Positions 9,093-21,847 of a stretch of DNA of 64,000 nucleotides are shown here, one piece after another. The stretch's first letter is position 1. Each line of letters opens with the position of its first letter. The notes beneath the pieces were generated by a model, which was not told the DNA's origin, ran no database searches, and saw nothing but the letters and a program-made list of their open reading frames with translations. The DNA comes from Dehalococcoidia bacterium (lineage in GTDB: Bacteria; Chloroflexota; Dehalococcoidia; Lucifugimonadales; UBA2985). Position numbers and translations under genes: made by a program. The stretch is taken from positions 865,139 to 929,138 of the forward strand of contig OZ244718.1 of assembly GCA_965218945.1 (NCBI GenBank). Direction: 5' to 3'.

Positions 9093-9324
9093 ATTTCGAT
9101 AACGTCCTGCTGATAGTTCATGTGGATGTGCGCTGCTCTGGATTATACCCCGCGTCGGCTGCTATGGAGCGTCAATTCTGTGGTTCACATGGATTACCTG
9201 CGGGTTTGGGGCAGGCCGCAGCTATGCTATAATCGACCCTAGAATGGCATGGGGTGGAATCTCTCCAAGCCTGCCCGCGAGGACGCGGGCCCGGATGCTA
9301 AACTAACCAGCGTGAGGGTATCAA

Positions 9325-10275
9325 ATGTTGCGTCGTGATGAACCGCCGATGGTGTTCTCAGGAAGTTCAAACCAGTCCCTGGCCTTGGACGTGAGCCGCT
9401 ACCTGAACATACCCAAGGGGGAGTCCAATGTGTTCAAGTTCAGCAACGACAACACCTTTGTCCAGTTCCAGGAGAATATACGGCAGCGGGACATATTCCT
9501 CATTCAGCCCTTCACCTACCCGGTCAACGATCACATTATGGAGCTGCTCATTATGATCGATGCCGCCAAGAGGGCCTCCGCGGGTCGCATCACCGCCGTT
9601 ACGCCGTACTACGCCTACGGGCGCACCGACAAGAAGGACCAGCCCAGGGTGCCCATCACGGCCCGTCTGGTTGCCGACCTCCTGAGTGTCGCCGGGGCAG
9701 ACCGCGTCCTGACCGTCGACCTGCACGCCGGCCAGATACAGGGCTTTTTCAACATTCCGGTGGACGAGCTCACCGCCCTGCCCATTCTGGCCCGCTACTT
9801 CCAGGACAAGGCCCTGGAGAACCTCGTGGTCGTGGCGGTGGACATCGGCATAAGCAAGCGGGCCAGGGATATGGCCGCCCGTTTGGGCGTCCCTCTGGCA
9901 ATCATTGAGAAGCGGCGTGTCGGCAACGCCGACAACGCCGAGAGCCTCAACATCATAGGAGACGTTGAGGGAATGAACGCCCTCACCTTCGACGACGAGA
10001 TCGACACCGCGGGCTCCCTGACCTCTGCCATAGAGGCGCTTCAAAAGGCCGGGGTGAAGGACATCTATTCCTGCTGCACCCACCTGGTTCTCTCCGGGCC
10101 AGGCGCAGACAGGATTGCCAACAGCCCCATCAAGGAGCTTGTTGCCACGGACACCCTACCCCTGCCGGAGGAGAAGCAGAACGGCAAAGTGACAGTGCTG
10201 TCGGTGGCGCCGCTCCTGGGGGAGGCCATCCGCAGGATTCACGAAGGCCTCTCAATAGGAGCCATGTTCGAATAG
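9325..10275 (+). CDS. prs: Ribose-phosphate pyrophosphokinase
   Basis: Full-length match to Prs motifs (VTPYYAYGRTDKKD, DLHAGQIQGFF, DDEIDTAGSL). Confidence 0.95.
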   Translation: MLRRDEPPMVFSGSSNQSLALDVSRYLNIPKGESNVFKFSNDNTFVQFQENIRQRDIFLIQPFTYPVNDHIMELLIMIDAAKRASAGRITAVTPYYAYGRTDKKDQPRVPITARLVADLLSVAGADRVLTVDLHAGQIQGFFNIPVDELTALPILARYFQDKALENLVVVAVDIGISKRARDMAARLGVPLAIIEKRRVGNADNAESLNIIGDVEGMNALTFDDEIDTAGSLTSAIEALQKAGVKDIYSCCTHLVLSGPGADRIANSPIKELVATDTLPLPEEKQNGKVTVLSVAPLLGEAIRRIHEGLSIGAMFE

Positions 10276-10290
10276 GAGATACCGTAGATA

Positions 10291-12888
<2,598 letters not shown>

Positions 12889-12904
12889 CCGGGACCGGTC
12901 TCTC

Positions 12905-13279
12905 ATGCCATCCGAAAACGACATCCAATCTCCTCTTCACACCGCCAAGAACCTGTACCTCATCACTACGGGCCGCAGCACGGGGCTGCCGCGTAGAGTG
13001 GAGTTGTGGTTCGCCTATGACGATGGCCGTATAAATCTTCTGGCGGGCTCTGCTCAAGACGACCGGCCGAACCACTGGTACAGAAACCTCCAGGCGAATC
13101 CGTCGGCGAGTGTAGAGATAGCGGGCGCGAGCCTCTCCGTCACCATGGAGGCTGTTGAAGACACGGAGACCGAAAGGGCTGCGATAGTCGAGTTATTTCT
13201 CGCCAAGTTCGGCTCTGAGATAGTGGAAAAATTCTATACCCGGGAGAGCCTTCTGCCGGTGCGGCTTAGGGTTGAGTAG
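12905..13279 (+). CDS. Nitroreductase/quinone-reductase family (DUF385, F420-type) protein
   Basis: Internal ATG of ORF 12608..13279, just after the secA stop. LYLITTGRSTGLPRRVELWF..HWYRNLQANPSASVEI pattern. Confidence 0.6.
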   Translation: MPSENDIQSPLHTAKNLYLITTGRSTGLPRRVELWFAYDDGRINLLAGSAQDDRPNHWYRNLQANPSASVEIAGASLSVTMEAVEDTETERAAIVELFLAKFGSEIVEKFYTRESLLPVRLRVE

Positions 13280-13299
13280 CCCACTTAGCGAATTGCCCG

Positions 13300-15027
13300 A
13301 TGAACAACGCCGAGATAGCCCAAATCTTCGAGAAGATAGCCGCTCTTCTGCAGCTTAAGGAGGAGTCGGTGTTCACGGTACGCGCCTACCAGCGGGCGGC
13401 GCGCACCATCGACCACCTGCCGGTGGAGTTGAGCCGGATGGTGCAGGATGGGGAGAACCTTCGGGAGATACCGGGCATTGGAGAGGCCATCTCTCAGAAA
13501 ATACAGGAGTTGGTCAAGACCGGCAACCTGGAATACTACGAGGGACTGAAGGGGGAGTTCCCGGAGGGCATCCTAACGCTTATGGACGTGCCTGGCATAG
13601 GCCCCAAGACGGCGCTCCGGATAAGCCTTGAACTTGGCATATCGACCGTCGATGCCCTGGAGCAGGCGATTTCAGACGGCAGGCTGGCGGCCTTGCCGCG
13701 CCTTGGAAAGAAGACGGCGGAGAACATTGCCCGCCACATTTCCTCCCTGCGCACCAAGGACACTCGCGTGCCCCTGGGCCGCGCTCTGCCGGTTTCGGAA
13801 GCCGTAGTCAACGCCCTCCGTGAGCGATGCCCGGGCATTCAGCAGATAGGCGTTGCCGGCAGCCTCAGGCGGTGGCAGGAGACCATCGGCGACATAGACA
13901 TAATGGGCACGTCCGAGCAGCCGGAAGAGGTGCTCAACGCCTTTGTGGAGCTTCCACTGGTGCAGGACGTCCTGGTGCACGGCCCCACCAAGGCAAGCGT
14001 CGTGGTGCACGGCGGCCTTCAGGTTGACCTGCGCATGGTGGACAACGCCGGCTTCGGCGCTTTAATCCAATACTTCACCGGTAGCCAGCAGCACAACATA
14101 CGCCTCCGGGACTACGCCCGCAAGATGGGTCTTTCCCTGAACGAGTACGGCATCACAAACATCGAGACTGGCGAAATAGAGAAATTCCCGGACGAGGACT
14201 CCTTCTACGCTCGGTTGGGTTTGCAGCCCATACCGCCGGAGCTGCGGGAAGGCCTCTGGGAGGTCGAGAGGGCCGCCCAGGGGACGCTGCCGGACCTGGT
14301 AACAGTGCAGGACATCAGGGGAGACCTGCACTGCCACACCAATGAAAGCGACGGTCGGGAGCCCCTCGCGGCTATGGTGGAGGCGGCGAGGAAGCGGGGC
14401 TATGAGTACGTCGCCATAACCGACCACTCCGCGGGCAGGGGCATAGCCAATGGCCTGAGCGAAGAGCGCCTGAGAAACCACATCGCCAACGTCCGGGCGC
14501 TGGACGCGAGCCTGCCCGACATCAGGGTGTTGACCGGCTCCGAGGTGGACATCAGGGCGGACGGCTCTCTGGACTACCCGGACGAGATTCTGGCGGAGCT
14601 AGACGTGGTAGTGGCCTCCGTTCATTCGGCTATGGGTCAGGAGCGGGACAGGATGACCGAGAGGGTGATCAGGGCAATGCGCAACCCCCACGTGAACATC
14701 GTCGGGCACCTGACCACGCGGCTTCTGGGCGAGAGGGAGCCAATAGACATAGACGTGGAGGCGGTCTTCCGGGCCGCCGCTGAGACGGGAACCGCTATGG
14801 AGATCAACGCCTCCCCGGAGAGGCTGGACCTCAAGGACACCCATGTCCTGAGGGCCAGGGAGCTGGGCGCGCCATTGGTCATCAGCACCGACTCCCATTC
14901 CCTGGAGCACATGGACAACATGCGCTTTGGCGTGGCCGTCGCTCGGAGGGGATGGTGCAGGGCAGGGGATATCGTGAACACCAGGCCTGTATCGGAGTTC
15001 CTCTCGTTCCTGGGGAGGAGGGCCTGA
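13300..15027 (+). CDS. polX: Family X DNA polymerase with C-terminal PHP domain (PolX)
   Basis: HhH motifs (IPGIGEAISQKI, VPGIGPKTAL), the pol-beta core GSLRRWQETIGDIDI and the PHP motifs DLHCHTNESDG and ..ISTDSH. Confidence 0.9.
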   Translation: MNNAEIAQIFEKIAALLQLKEESVFTVRAYQRAARTIDHLPVELSRMVQDGENLREIPGIGEAISQKIQELVKTGNLEYYEGLKGEFPEGILTLMDVPGIGPKTALRISLELGISTVDALEQAISDGRLAALPRLGKKTAENIARHISSLRTKDTRVPLGRALPVSEAVVNALRERCPGIQQIGVAGSLRRWQETIGDIDIMGTSEQPEEVLNAFVELPLVQDVLVHGPTKASVVVHGGLQVDLRMVDNAGFGALIQYFTGSQQHNIRLRDYARKMGLSLNEYGITNIETGEIEKFPDEDSFYARLGLQPIPPELREGLWEVERAAQGTLPDLVTVQDIRGDLHCHTNESDGREPLAAMVEAARKRGYEYVAITDHSAGRGIANGLSEERLRNHIANVRALDASLPDIRVLTGSEVDIRADGSLDYPDEILAELDVVVASVHSAMGQERDRMTERVIRAMRNPHVNIVGHLTTRLLGEREPIDIDVEAVFRAAAETGTAMEINASPERLDLKDTHVLRARELGAPLVISTDSHSLEHMDNMRFGVAVARRGWCRAGDIVNTRPVSEFLSFLGRRA

Positions 15028-15725
15028 TGGCGGACGCTGTGGACGGGCAGAGCAGGGGGCAGGAGATCCTCGGCGATCCCCAGGCTATACACCACTTGAA
15101 GAAGTCCATTGCAGAGGGCAGGGACTGGATCCAGGCGCTGCTGGAGTCGATGGCCCTGTGGACTACGCCTGAGGAGACCTTCCAGGGGCGTCGCAACAAG
15201 TACCTCCTGGACGGGGAGGCCTTCGACTGGCTGCTTCTGGCTGAACGCCTTCTGGCGGAGGTGGACGGCCTTGTGCCGGAGGAAGCCAAGAGAGAGTTGC
15301 TGTTCACCGGAGACGTCTCCGGGTCAGTCTCCGGCGAGGGGTTCAAGGACCTGCTGGGTCATCAGAAGTACAGCGCCTATTTGAACTACTGGTACGGGGT
15401 TGTCATCGAAGAGGCCGTTGTCCAGTGCGTGGAGGAGGAGGAGTGGAAGAGGATACACAGCGGAGGGGTACACTCGCCGTCGGGAGTCACCGACCTGGCC
15501 TTTCGCCGCGTCTACGGCCTCGATCAGGATACGCTCCTGAAACTTTTCCGTGAGAAGAAGGGCTACCCGGCAAGCGAGTCCATGACTCTGACCGAGATCA
15601 AGGAGTTCACCTACTGGCTGTTCAAGTATCGGTTGCAGAACAGCGAGGGCGCCAGAGTAGCCAGCGATACCCGCAAGGGAATCCTGTTCCTGGAGAAGAT
15701 GCGCCAGGAAGGGCGCGCCCGGTAG
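15027..15725 (+). CDS. Hypothetical acidic helical protein, start overlaps the polX stop (TGATG)
   Basis: ATG at 15027 shares one nucleotide with the polX TGA. No family recognised. Confidence 0.5.
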   Translation: MADAVDGQSRGQEILGDPQAIHHLKKSIAEGRDWIQALLESMALWTTPEETFQGRRNKYLLDGEAFDWLLLAERLLAEVDGLVPEEAKRELLFTGDVSGSVSGEGFKDLLGHQKYSAYLNYWYGVVIEEAVVQCVEEEEWKRIHSGGVHSPSGVTDLAFRRVYGLDQDTLLKLFREKKGYPASESMTLTEIKEFTYWLFKYRLQNSEGARVASDTRKGILFLEKMRQEGRAR

Positions 15726-15729
15726 GGCG

Positions 15730-16025
15730 GCCCTTATTCCTGCCACCGTCATTCCCGCCTCCGTATCAGGTACGGGGCAGGCTCCGAGCGGGAATCTAGG
15801 CGGGGTGGGGCGTGGACTCCCGTCTGCAGAGACCTTTGCATAACCCATAGCGTCATCCCGCAAGAATTGCCCCACCGTCATTCCTGCGGAAGCAGGAATC
15901 TAAAAACGCTGTCTGCAACGCTACGATGTCTTGGAAGAGGGGCCTTAGATTCCCGTTTTCACGGGAATGACGGAGAAGATAGCCCCTTCTAGGAGATACA
16001 CCGGAGTTATGCAAAGGTCTCCTCG
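15730..16025. repeat. REP-like hairpin-repeat cluster (uninterrupted paralogue of 4586..4750 plus 6368..6499)
   Basis: Hairpins gtcattcccgcc..gggaatc, gtcattcctgcggaagcaggaatc and cccgttttcacggg, followed by the 66-bp unit. Confidence 0.7.
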
Positions 16026-16185
16026 AAGGGGGAAGAGGCTTTGATGCCCGACAAATGAGTTGTTCAAAGCTCTCCTTCCGCAGGAATGGCTGATCTGATA
16101 GACCGCGGCCCCAATAAGCCAGTCACGTCTCAGGCCCACATTACATACATTACACTTCTATTAAAACTTGCCGCGCCACATCTCG

Positions 16186-16213
16186 TTGACTGGTCTCAAG
16201 GGAGTGATAGAAT
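16186..16213 (+). promoter_or_regulatory. Candidate promoter of valS (TTGACT, 16-bp spacer, extended -10 TGATAGAAT)
   Basis: Read directly from the sequence. It lies 50 nt upstream of the valS ATG. Confidence 0.35.
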
Positions 16214-16263
16214 AGGTACGTAATCGCATCCTTATCCCAGTAGTCGAGGCTGGTTCTTCAGAT

Positions 16264-19074
16264 ATGAGTCAAACAGAGCAGAACGCCACCGATATCCCCA
16301 AGGCGTACGACCCCGCAAGCGTGGAGCAGCGTCTCTACAAGTTCTGGACGGACGGGGGATTCTTCACGCCGAAGATGGACCCGTCCAAAGAACCCTTCGC
16401 CATCATTATGCCTCCACCCAACGTGACGGGAGAGCTGCATCTGGGCCACGCCCTGGTGGCTACTGTGGAAGACATAATGACCCGGTGGCATCGGATGAAG
16501 GGAGACCCGACGCTGTGGCTCCCCGGAGCCGACCACGCTGGCATAGCGACGCAGATGGTCGTGGAGCGTGCGCTGGCCCAGGAGGGGGTCACCAGGCAGG
16601 AGCTGGGAAGGGAGAAGTTCCTGGAGCGTGTTTGGCAGTGGGTCGATCTGTACGGCCATACCATAGACGAGCAGCAGAAGCGCCTGGGAGCTTCCTGCGA
16701 CTGGAGCCGGCGTCGGTTCACTTTGGACGAAGGCCCCAGCAGAGCGGTCCGCGCCACCTTCGGCAACCTGTTCGACAAGGGACTCATATACCGGGGAGAG
16801 CGGATAATCAACTGGTGTCCACGGTGTTCCACTGCCCTGTCGGACTTGGAGGTGGAGCACATTGAGGAGCAGTCCTTCCTCTACCATATCCGGTATCCCC
16901 TTGAGGAAGGCATAGGCCACGTAACTGTGGCCACCACACGCCCGGAGACCCTGCTGGGCGATACTGGCGTGGCCGTGAACCCGGACGACGAAAGATACGG
17001 CCACCTCAGCGGAAAGAGGGTGCTCCTTCCGGTGCTGAATCGCCCCCTTCCGGTCGTCGGCGATGAGGCAGTTGATCCCACTTTCGGCACTGGGGCGTTG
17101 AAGATTACACCCGGACACGATCCGGTGGACTTCGAGGTGGGCCAGCGACATGGCCTGCCCGTCATCACGGCTATGAACCTGGACGGCACCATGAACCGGG
17201 AGGCCGGCCCCTACGAAGGCATGGACAGGTTCGAGTGCCGTGAAGCTATACTGCGAGACTTGGAAGAGGATGGTCTGCTTGAGGCCATAGAGCCTTATGT
17301 CCACTCCGTAGGGCACTGTGACCGCTGCTCGGTGGCCGTAGAGCCTCTGGTGAGCAAGCAGTGGTTCGTCAGCGTGGAGAGCCTGGCAAAGCCGGCTATG
17401 GACGTTGTCCTGGACGGGCGGATAAAGATAATCCCCGATAGGTTCGCCAGGGTGTACCTCAACTGGATGGAGAATATTCGGGACTGGTGCATCAGCCGCC
17501 AGCTTTGGTGGGGGCATCGCATCCCGGCCTGGTACTGCCTCGATTGTTCCGGGGACAGCATACAGGTAGTCCTGGCAGAGTCGGATGGCGCTTCAAGCGG
17601 CACATACCGCTCCCTCAGGGATAGAGGCCTGCCCTGGGAGGAGATGGAAGCCGGGGCCAGCCACATCTTCGTGGACCTGGACGCAGCGCCCATCGTAGGC
17701 GTCGAAGCGCCGGGGGCGTGCCCCTCCTGCGGAAGCGGCGATCTTGTCCAGGACCCGGACGTGCTGGATACTTGGTTCTCATCGGCTCTGTGGCCCCACT
17801 CAACGCTGGGCTGGCCGGACGACTCCGAGGATTTCAGGTATTTCCATCCCACAACTGTGATGGAAACCGGATACGACATCCTCTTTTTCTGGGTGGCCAG
17901 GATGATCATGATGGGGCTGGAGAACACGGGTGACATACCCTTTCAGTACGTTTACCTTCATGGCCTCATCAGGGACGAGAATGGGGCCAAGATGAGCAAG
18001 ACCCGAGGCAACGTCACGGACCCCATCGATGCCTTGGAAGAGTACGGCGCAGACGCCCTTCGCTTCACCCTCATCACGGGCAACACCCCCGGCAACGACA
18101 TGCGCATCAACGCAGGCAAGCTGGGAGCAAGCAGGAACTTCGTGAACAAGGTGTGGAACGCCGCCAGGTACGTGCTCACAATCATCGACGAATCGCCGGC
18201 GCCGCAGGGCTGGCAGGCTCCCGCCACTGACCACAGGCAGGACCGGTGGATAGTCAGCCGGCTGAACAGGGTGGCGTCTCGCGTTCAGCGCTACATGGAG
18301 GAGTTCCAGTTCGGAGAGGCCCAAAGGGAGATACACGATTTCTTCTGGGGAGAGTTCTGCGACTGGTATATCGAGATGGCGAAGCTGAGACTGCGAACAG
18401 GAGAGGAGCCTTCTCCGCTACCCGTCCTTGTACACGTCTTGGAGAAGAGCCTCCGCCTGATGCACCCGTTTGTCCCATTTGTGACGGAGGAGATATGGCA
18501 GAGCCTCAAGGACCGTCTGCCGGAGAGAGACGATCTGCCGGAGGCCATCATAGTAGCGCCATACCCTTACCCGGAAACGGGCGTCCTCAACCAGGAGGCC
18601 GAAGAGGAGATAGACCTCCTGACGGGTATCGTCAGAGCGATACGAAACGTGCGTGCGGAGTTCAAGATACCTCACAGCCAACCCCTGCAGACCGTGGTAG
18701 AGCTGTCGGCGTCCAGCGCTGCCCTCGTGGAAGAGGCTCCGGCGATAAAGAGCTTGGCCAGAACGGAGCCTCTGCTGTTTCAGGAGGAGGGATCACCAAG
18801 ACCACCGGCGGACAAGACCGTGTCCGTGGTTCTCAATGGAGCGACGGTTCTCGTCCCGCTGGAGGGGCTGGTGGACACGGCCAGAGAGCGGAGCCGGTTG
18901 GAGCAGGAGTTTCAGGAGTGCCTTGAGAATCTCCAAAGGCTGTCCCAGAGGCTGAGCAACACTGAGTTCACTGGCAAAGCCCCTGCGGAGGTGGTGGAGC
19001 GGGAGAGGGGTAGACTGGAGGGCCTGGAGGAGCGCAGAGACCGCATCCAGGAGCTACTGTCGCAGTTGGGATAG
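16264..19074 (+). CDS. valS: Valine--tRNA ligase
   Basis: PPPNVTGELHLGHA (HIGH), KMSKTRGN (KMSKS) and a C-terminal coiled coil. Confidence 0.97.
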   Translation: MSQTEQNATDIPKAYDPASVEQRLYKFWTDGGFFTPKMDPSKEPFAIIMPPPNVTGELHLGHALVATVEDIMTRWHRMKGDPTLWLPGADHAGIATQMVVERALAQEGVTRQELGREKFLERVWQWVDLYGHTIDEQQKRLGASCDWSRRRFTLDEGPSRAVRATFGNLFDKGLIYRGERIINWCPRCSTALSDLEVEHIEEQSFLYHIRYPLEEGIGHVTVATTRPETLLGDTGVAVNPDDERYGHLSGKRVLLPVLNRPLPVVGDEAVDPTFGTGALKITPGHDPVDFEVGQRHGLPVITAMNLDGTMNREAGPYEGMDRFECREAILRDLEEDGLLEAIEPYVHSVGHCDRCSVAVEPLVSKQWFVSVESLAKPAMDVVLDGRIKIIPDRFARVYLNWMENIRDWCISRQLWWGHRIPAWYCLDCSGDSIQVVLAESDGASSGTYRSLRDRGLPWEEMEAGASHIFVDLDAAPIVGVEAPGACPSCGSGDLVQDPDVLDTWFSSALWPHSTLGWPDDSEDFRYFHPTTVMETGYDILFFWVARMIMMGLENTGDIPFQYVYLHGLIRDENGAKMSKTRGNVTDPIDALEEYGADALRFTLITGNTPGNDMRINAGKLGASRNFVNKVWNAARYVLTIIDESPAPQGWQAPATDHRQDRWIVSRLNRVASRVQRYMEEFQFGEAQREIHDFFWGEFCDWYIEMAKLRLRTGEEPSPLPVLVHVLEKSLRLMHPFVPFVTEEIWQSLKDRLPERDDLPEAIIVAPYPYPETGVLNQEAEEEIDLLTGIVRAIRNVRAEFKIPHSQPLQTVVELSASSAALVEEAPAIKSLARTEPLLFQEEGSPRPPADKTVSVVLNGATVLVPLEGLVDTARERSRLEQEFQECLENLQRLSQRLSNTEFTGKAPAEVVERERGRLEGLEERRDRIQELLSQLG

Positions 19075-19140
19075 GCCTTGGGGGGCTGCGCCTGCGATTG
19101 CCCAATGCCGACCTTCACGGGAATAGGGGAGAGGCCTTAA

Positions 19141-19222
19141 GCAGTGATTTGATTGTCATGCCCGTGCAGATGGGCCCGCCCCGTACCCGATACGGGGGCG
19201 GGAATGACAATCAAGTCACTGC
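19141..19222. repeat. Compound hairpin between convergent valS and the HEAT-repeat gene (18-bp outer stem enclosing REP-type hairpins)
   Basis: cagtgatttgattgtcat pairs with atgacaatcaagtcactg (17 of 18). The inner part holds gcccgtgcagatgggc and cccgccccgtacccgatacgggggcggg. Confidence 0.6.
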
Positions 19223-19244
19223 CCTGCGGTAATGGTCGGTGAAC

Positions 19245-20060
19245 TCAGCCGGGCCTTGCGAAGGGCTCGCCGTCCGGCTCCGTGTCACCGGCCTGCTCCG
19301 CCTGCTGAAGCCTCTTCCGGGCGCTGGTGGCGAAGGTCCGTACACCTGCGTCCGTGTCCTCGATCATTGAGGCCACCAGGCGCAGCGACTCGCCAAGCTC
19401 CAGCAGAGACCAGGCCGCGTTTCGCCTCACCCACGGCGTGGGGTCCGTCAGAGCCAGTGATAGAGCCGAGGCGCTCTCGTGGTCTCCCAGCGCTCCAAGG
19501 GCATAGGCGGCCGCGCCCCTGAGGTGCTCATCCGGGTCCCGCATGAACATACGGACGGGAGCCACCGCCGACGACTGGCCCAGTCGGTAGAGAGTCCGAA
19601 CAGCGCTCAGCCTCACCGCACGGCTTTCGTCCTCCAGTATTGGCACCACGTCCAGAGCCGACTCCGGGTCGCCGCGCTGGGCTATCGCGTGGAGGGACCA
19701 CGCCTTCGCCATAGGGTTGTCCCCCTGGAGGACTTTACGCAGCGCGCTGTTGGCCAGGCGGCTGTCAAAGCGGACCACGGCATCGGCGGCCTGCTGACGC
19801 ACCCATTGGTCTTCATCCCCCAGGACGTTGCAGATGGCGGTCAGGGTGCGGGCTTCCTGCAGTTCACCCAGTGCGAAGGCGGCCCAGCCGCGCACCCAGG
19901 CGGACTCGTCCGACAGGGCCTTCAGCAGGGCGTCTGCGGCGCGCTTCTCCTTTGCCTGGCCCAGGGAAAGGGCTGCGCAGCCCCGGGTGTACTCTGAGAT
20001 GTCTGAGCTCAGCTGACCAATGAGTGTGCGGGTGGAGACCCTGGATTCTGTGCGCTGCAT
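19245..20060 (-). CDS. HEAT-repeat (PBS-lyase-like) protein
   Basis: Repeated ..VR..AA.ALG.. units. Start chosen at the ATG preceded by GGAGG (MQRTES..). Confidence 0.75.
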   Translation of the reverse strand: MQRTESRVSTRTLIGQLSSDISEYTRGCAALSLGQAKEKRAADALLKALSDESAWVRGWAAFALGELQEARTLTAICNVLGDEDQWVRQQAADAVVRFDSRLANSALRKVLQGDNPMAKAWSLHAIAQRGDPESALDVVPILEDESRAVRLSAVRTLYRLGQSSAVAPVRMFMRDPDEHLRGAAAYALGALGDHESASALSLALTDPTPWVRRNAAWSLLELGESLRLVASMIEDTDAGVRTFATSARKRLQQAEQAGDTEPDGEPFARPG

Positions 20061-20609
20061 TAGACCTCCGTTTGTCCGGTCTGCCGGTCCTGTTTGATTT
20101 GCGCCGATGTACCGCTCGGCCAGCCTCTCTGAAGGTACGTACCTGCTGCCTGAAACACAGACACCATCCGGGGATAGAATGATTGGAATTCTATCACAAT
20201 GGTACAGGCGTCCGTTAATAATTTGGCATTTTCTACAGGTGTTGGGTATGGAGCGCTCCACCGCTCATATGGTTCGACAGGCTATGAGCGACAGCGAAGG
20301 GTCTGAAGTCCTTGCCTCCATTCCTTCTCTTCAATACTCGGACCAAGTTCTTGCTGAAGGGTTTTGGATTATTCGGCTGCGGCTCAGAGTGACATATTCC
20401 TATAATCGAAATACCCTGGACTGACTACCAATAGAGGTTGTGTCAGGTTCAATCCATCAGATAACTGGTATTCCCCGGGTCTGTTGATATTGGCGAACAG
20501 CGCCGCTCGTCAAGAGGTTGTCTCAGCATTGACACCCATATAGACCCCGCTATGATACCCGTATGAATCTATTGGCTATGGCGCCAATCAAAACTGGAAG
20601 GGAAAGAAA

Positions 20610-21749
20610 ATGACCCGTACACGCACGACAAGATACATAACCCTGTTGAGCATTGTCCTTGCGCTGGCCCTTACGGCGGCGCTCGCGGCCTGCGGCTCGG
20701 ACGAGCCGTCCGGCGTGACAGGCCCCGACCGGACCGCGTCCACGCCAGTGTCAGGGGCCGCGCCCACGGCCACCGTTGCGCCTGCACCTGCGACTGCGAC
20801 AGCGCGGCCCGCGGCCTCCGGCTCAAATGAGCCGTCCGGCGGGACAGGCCCCGACCGGACCGCGTCCACCCCAACGGAGACGCCGGCCTCCCCCGCACGG
20901 ACGCCTACCACGACAGGGTCAGGGGCCGCGCCCACTGCCACCGATGCGCCCGAACCTGTGGCTGCGATAGCGCGGCCGCTTCTTGGGCCGACCTCCGCCG
21001 AAACGGACCGGGAAGCGCTGGTTGCCTTCTACAACGCAACGGACGGTGAGAACTGGCAGCCTAACCACTACAACTGGCTGAGCGACGCTCCCCTCGGCGA
21101 ATGGTGGGGCGTCACCACCAACAACGACGGGCGCGTTACAGATCTGCGCCTTGGCCGCAACCAGTTGAGCGGGGAGATACCGGCGGAGCTGGGCAGCCTC
21201 TCCAATCTGGAAGTGCTGGACCTCAGCCGCAACCAGTTGAGCGGGGAGATACCGGCGTGGTTAGGCGGCCTCTCCAACCTTGAAAGGCTGGGCCTCTACG
21301 GCAACGACTTGAGCGGGGAGATACCGGCGGAGCTTGGCAGCCTCTCCAACCTGATACAGCTGCGTCTCGGCGGCAACGACTTGAGCGGGGAGATACCGGC
21401 GGAGCTTGGCAGCCTCTCCAACCTGAGAGAGCTGTACCTCAACGGCAACGACTTGAGCGGGGAGATACCGGCGGAGTTGGGCAGCCTCTCCAACCTGGCA
21501 TGGCTGTCCCTCGCCGGCAACAAGTTGAGCGGGGAGATACCGGCGGAGCTTGGCAGCCTCTCCAACCTGATGTGGCTGTACCTCAACGACAACGGCTTGA
21601 GCGGGGAGATACCGGCGGAGCTTGGCAGCCTTTCCAATCTGTCATCGCTGTACCTCAGCAACAACGAGTTGAGCGGGTGCGTGCCAAGCAGCCTGGAAGA
21701 CCAGTTGGACTTTAATTACTCTCTCCTTGGCGGCCTGCCCTTCTGCTGA
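20610..21749 (+). CDS. Lipoprotein with plant-specific-type leucine-rich repeats (7 full 24-aa LRRs plus a cap)
   Basis: Signal peptide with lipobox LAAC, a Pro/Thr/Ala-rich linker, an LRRNT_2-like DREALVAFYNATDGENW and repeats of N.LSGEIPAELGSLSNL. Confidence 0.85.
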   Translation: MTRTRTTRYITLLSIVLALALTAALAACGSDEPSGVTGPDRTASTPVSGAAPTATVAPAPATATARPAASGSNEPSGGTGPDRTASTPTETPASPARTPTTTGSGAAPTATDAPEPVAAIARPLLGPTSAETDREALVAFYNATDGENWQPNHYNWLSDAPLGEWWGVTTNNDGRVTDLRLGRNQLSGEIPAELGSLSNLEVLDLSRNQLSGEIPAWLGGLSNLERLGLYGNDLSGEIPAELGSLSNLIQLRLGGNDLSGEIPAELGSLSNLRELYLNGNDLSGEIPAELGSLSNLAWLSLAGNKLSGEIPAELGSLSNLMWLYLNDNGLSGEIPAELGSLSNLSSLYLSNNELSGCVPSSLEDQLDFNYSLLGGLPFC

Positions 21750-21847
21750 AGCCACGCGCCCTCAGCCGGGGACGGACGGCATATCGCCCAGGATGCGCTC
21801 ACGGCGCGTGTTGACTATGGCGCAAATAAAACTGGAAGGGAAAGAAA

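Noticed and set aside
9093-9324. Possible riboswitch in the roughly 95-nt leader of prs (extended -10 TGCTATAAT at about 9221..9229, hairpin gcccgcgaggacgcgggc)
   Set aside because: No resemblance to PRPP, ykkC or purine riboswitch cores that I can recognise. A single hairpin is not enough evidence.
20107-20424. ORF 20107..20424+ (105 aa) upstream of the LRR genes
   Set aside because: It overlaps the promoter and 5' region of the HEAT-repeat gene. It has no RBS or recognisable domain and lies in an AT-richer intergenic stretch.
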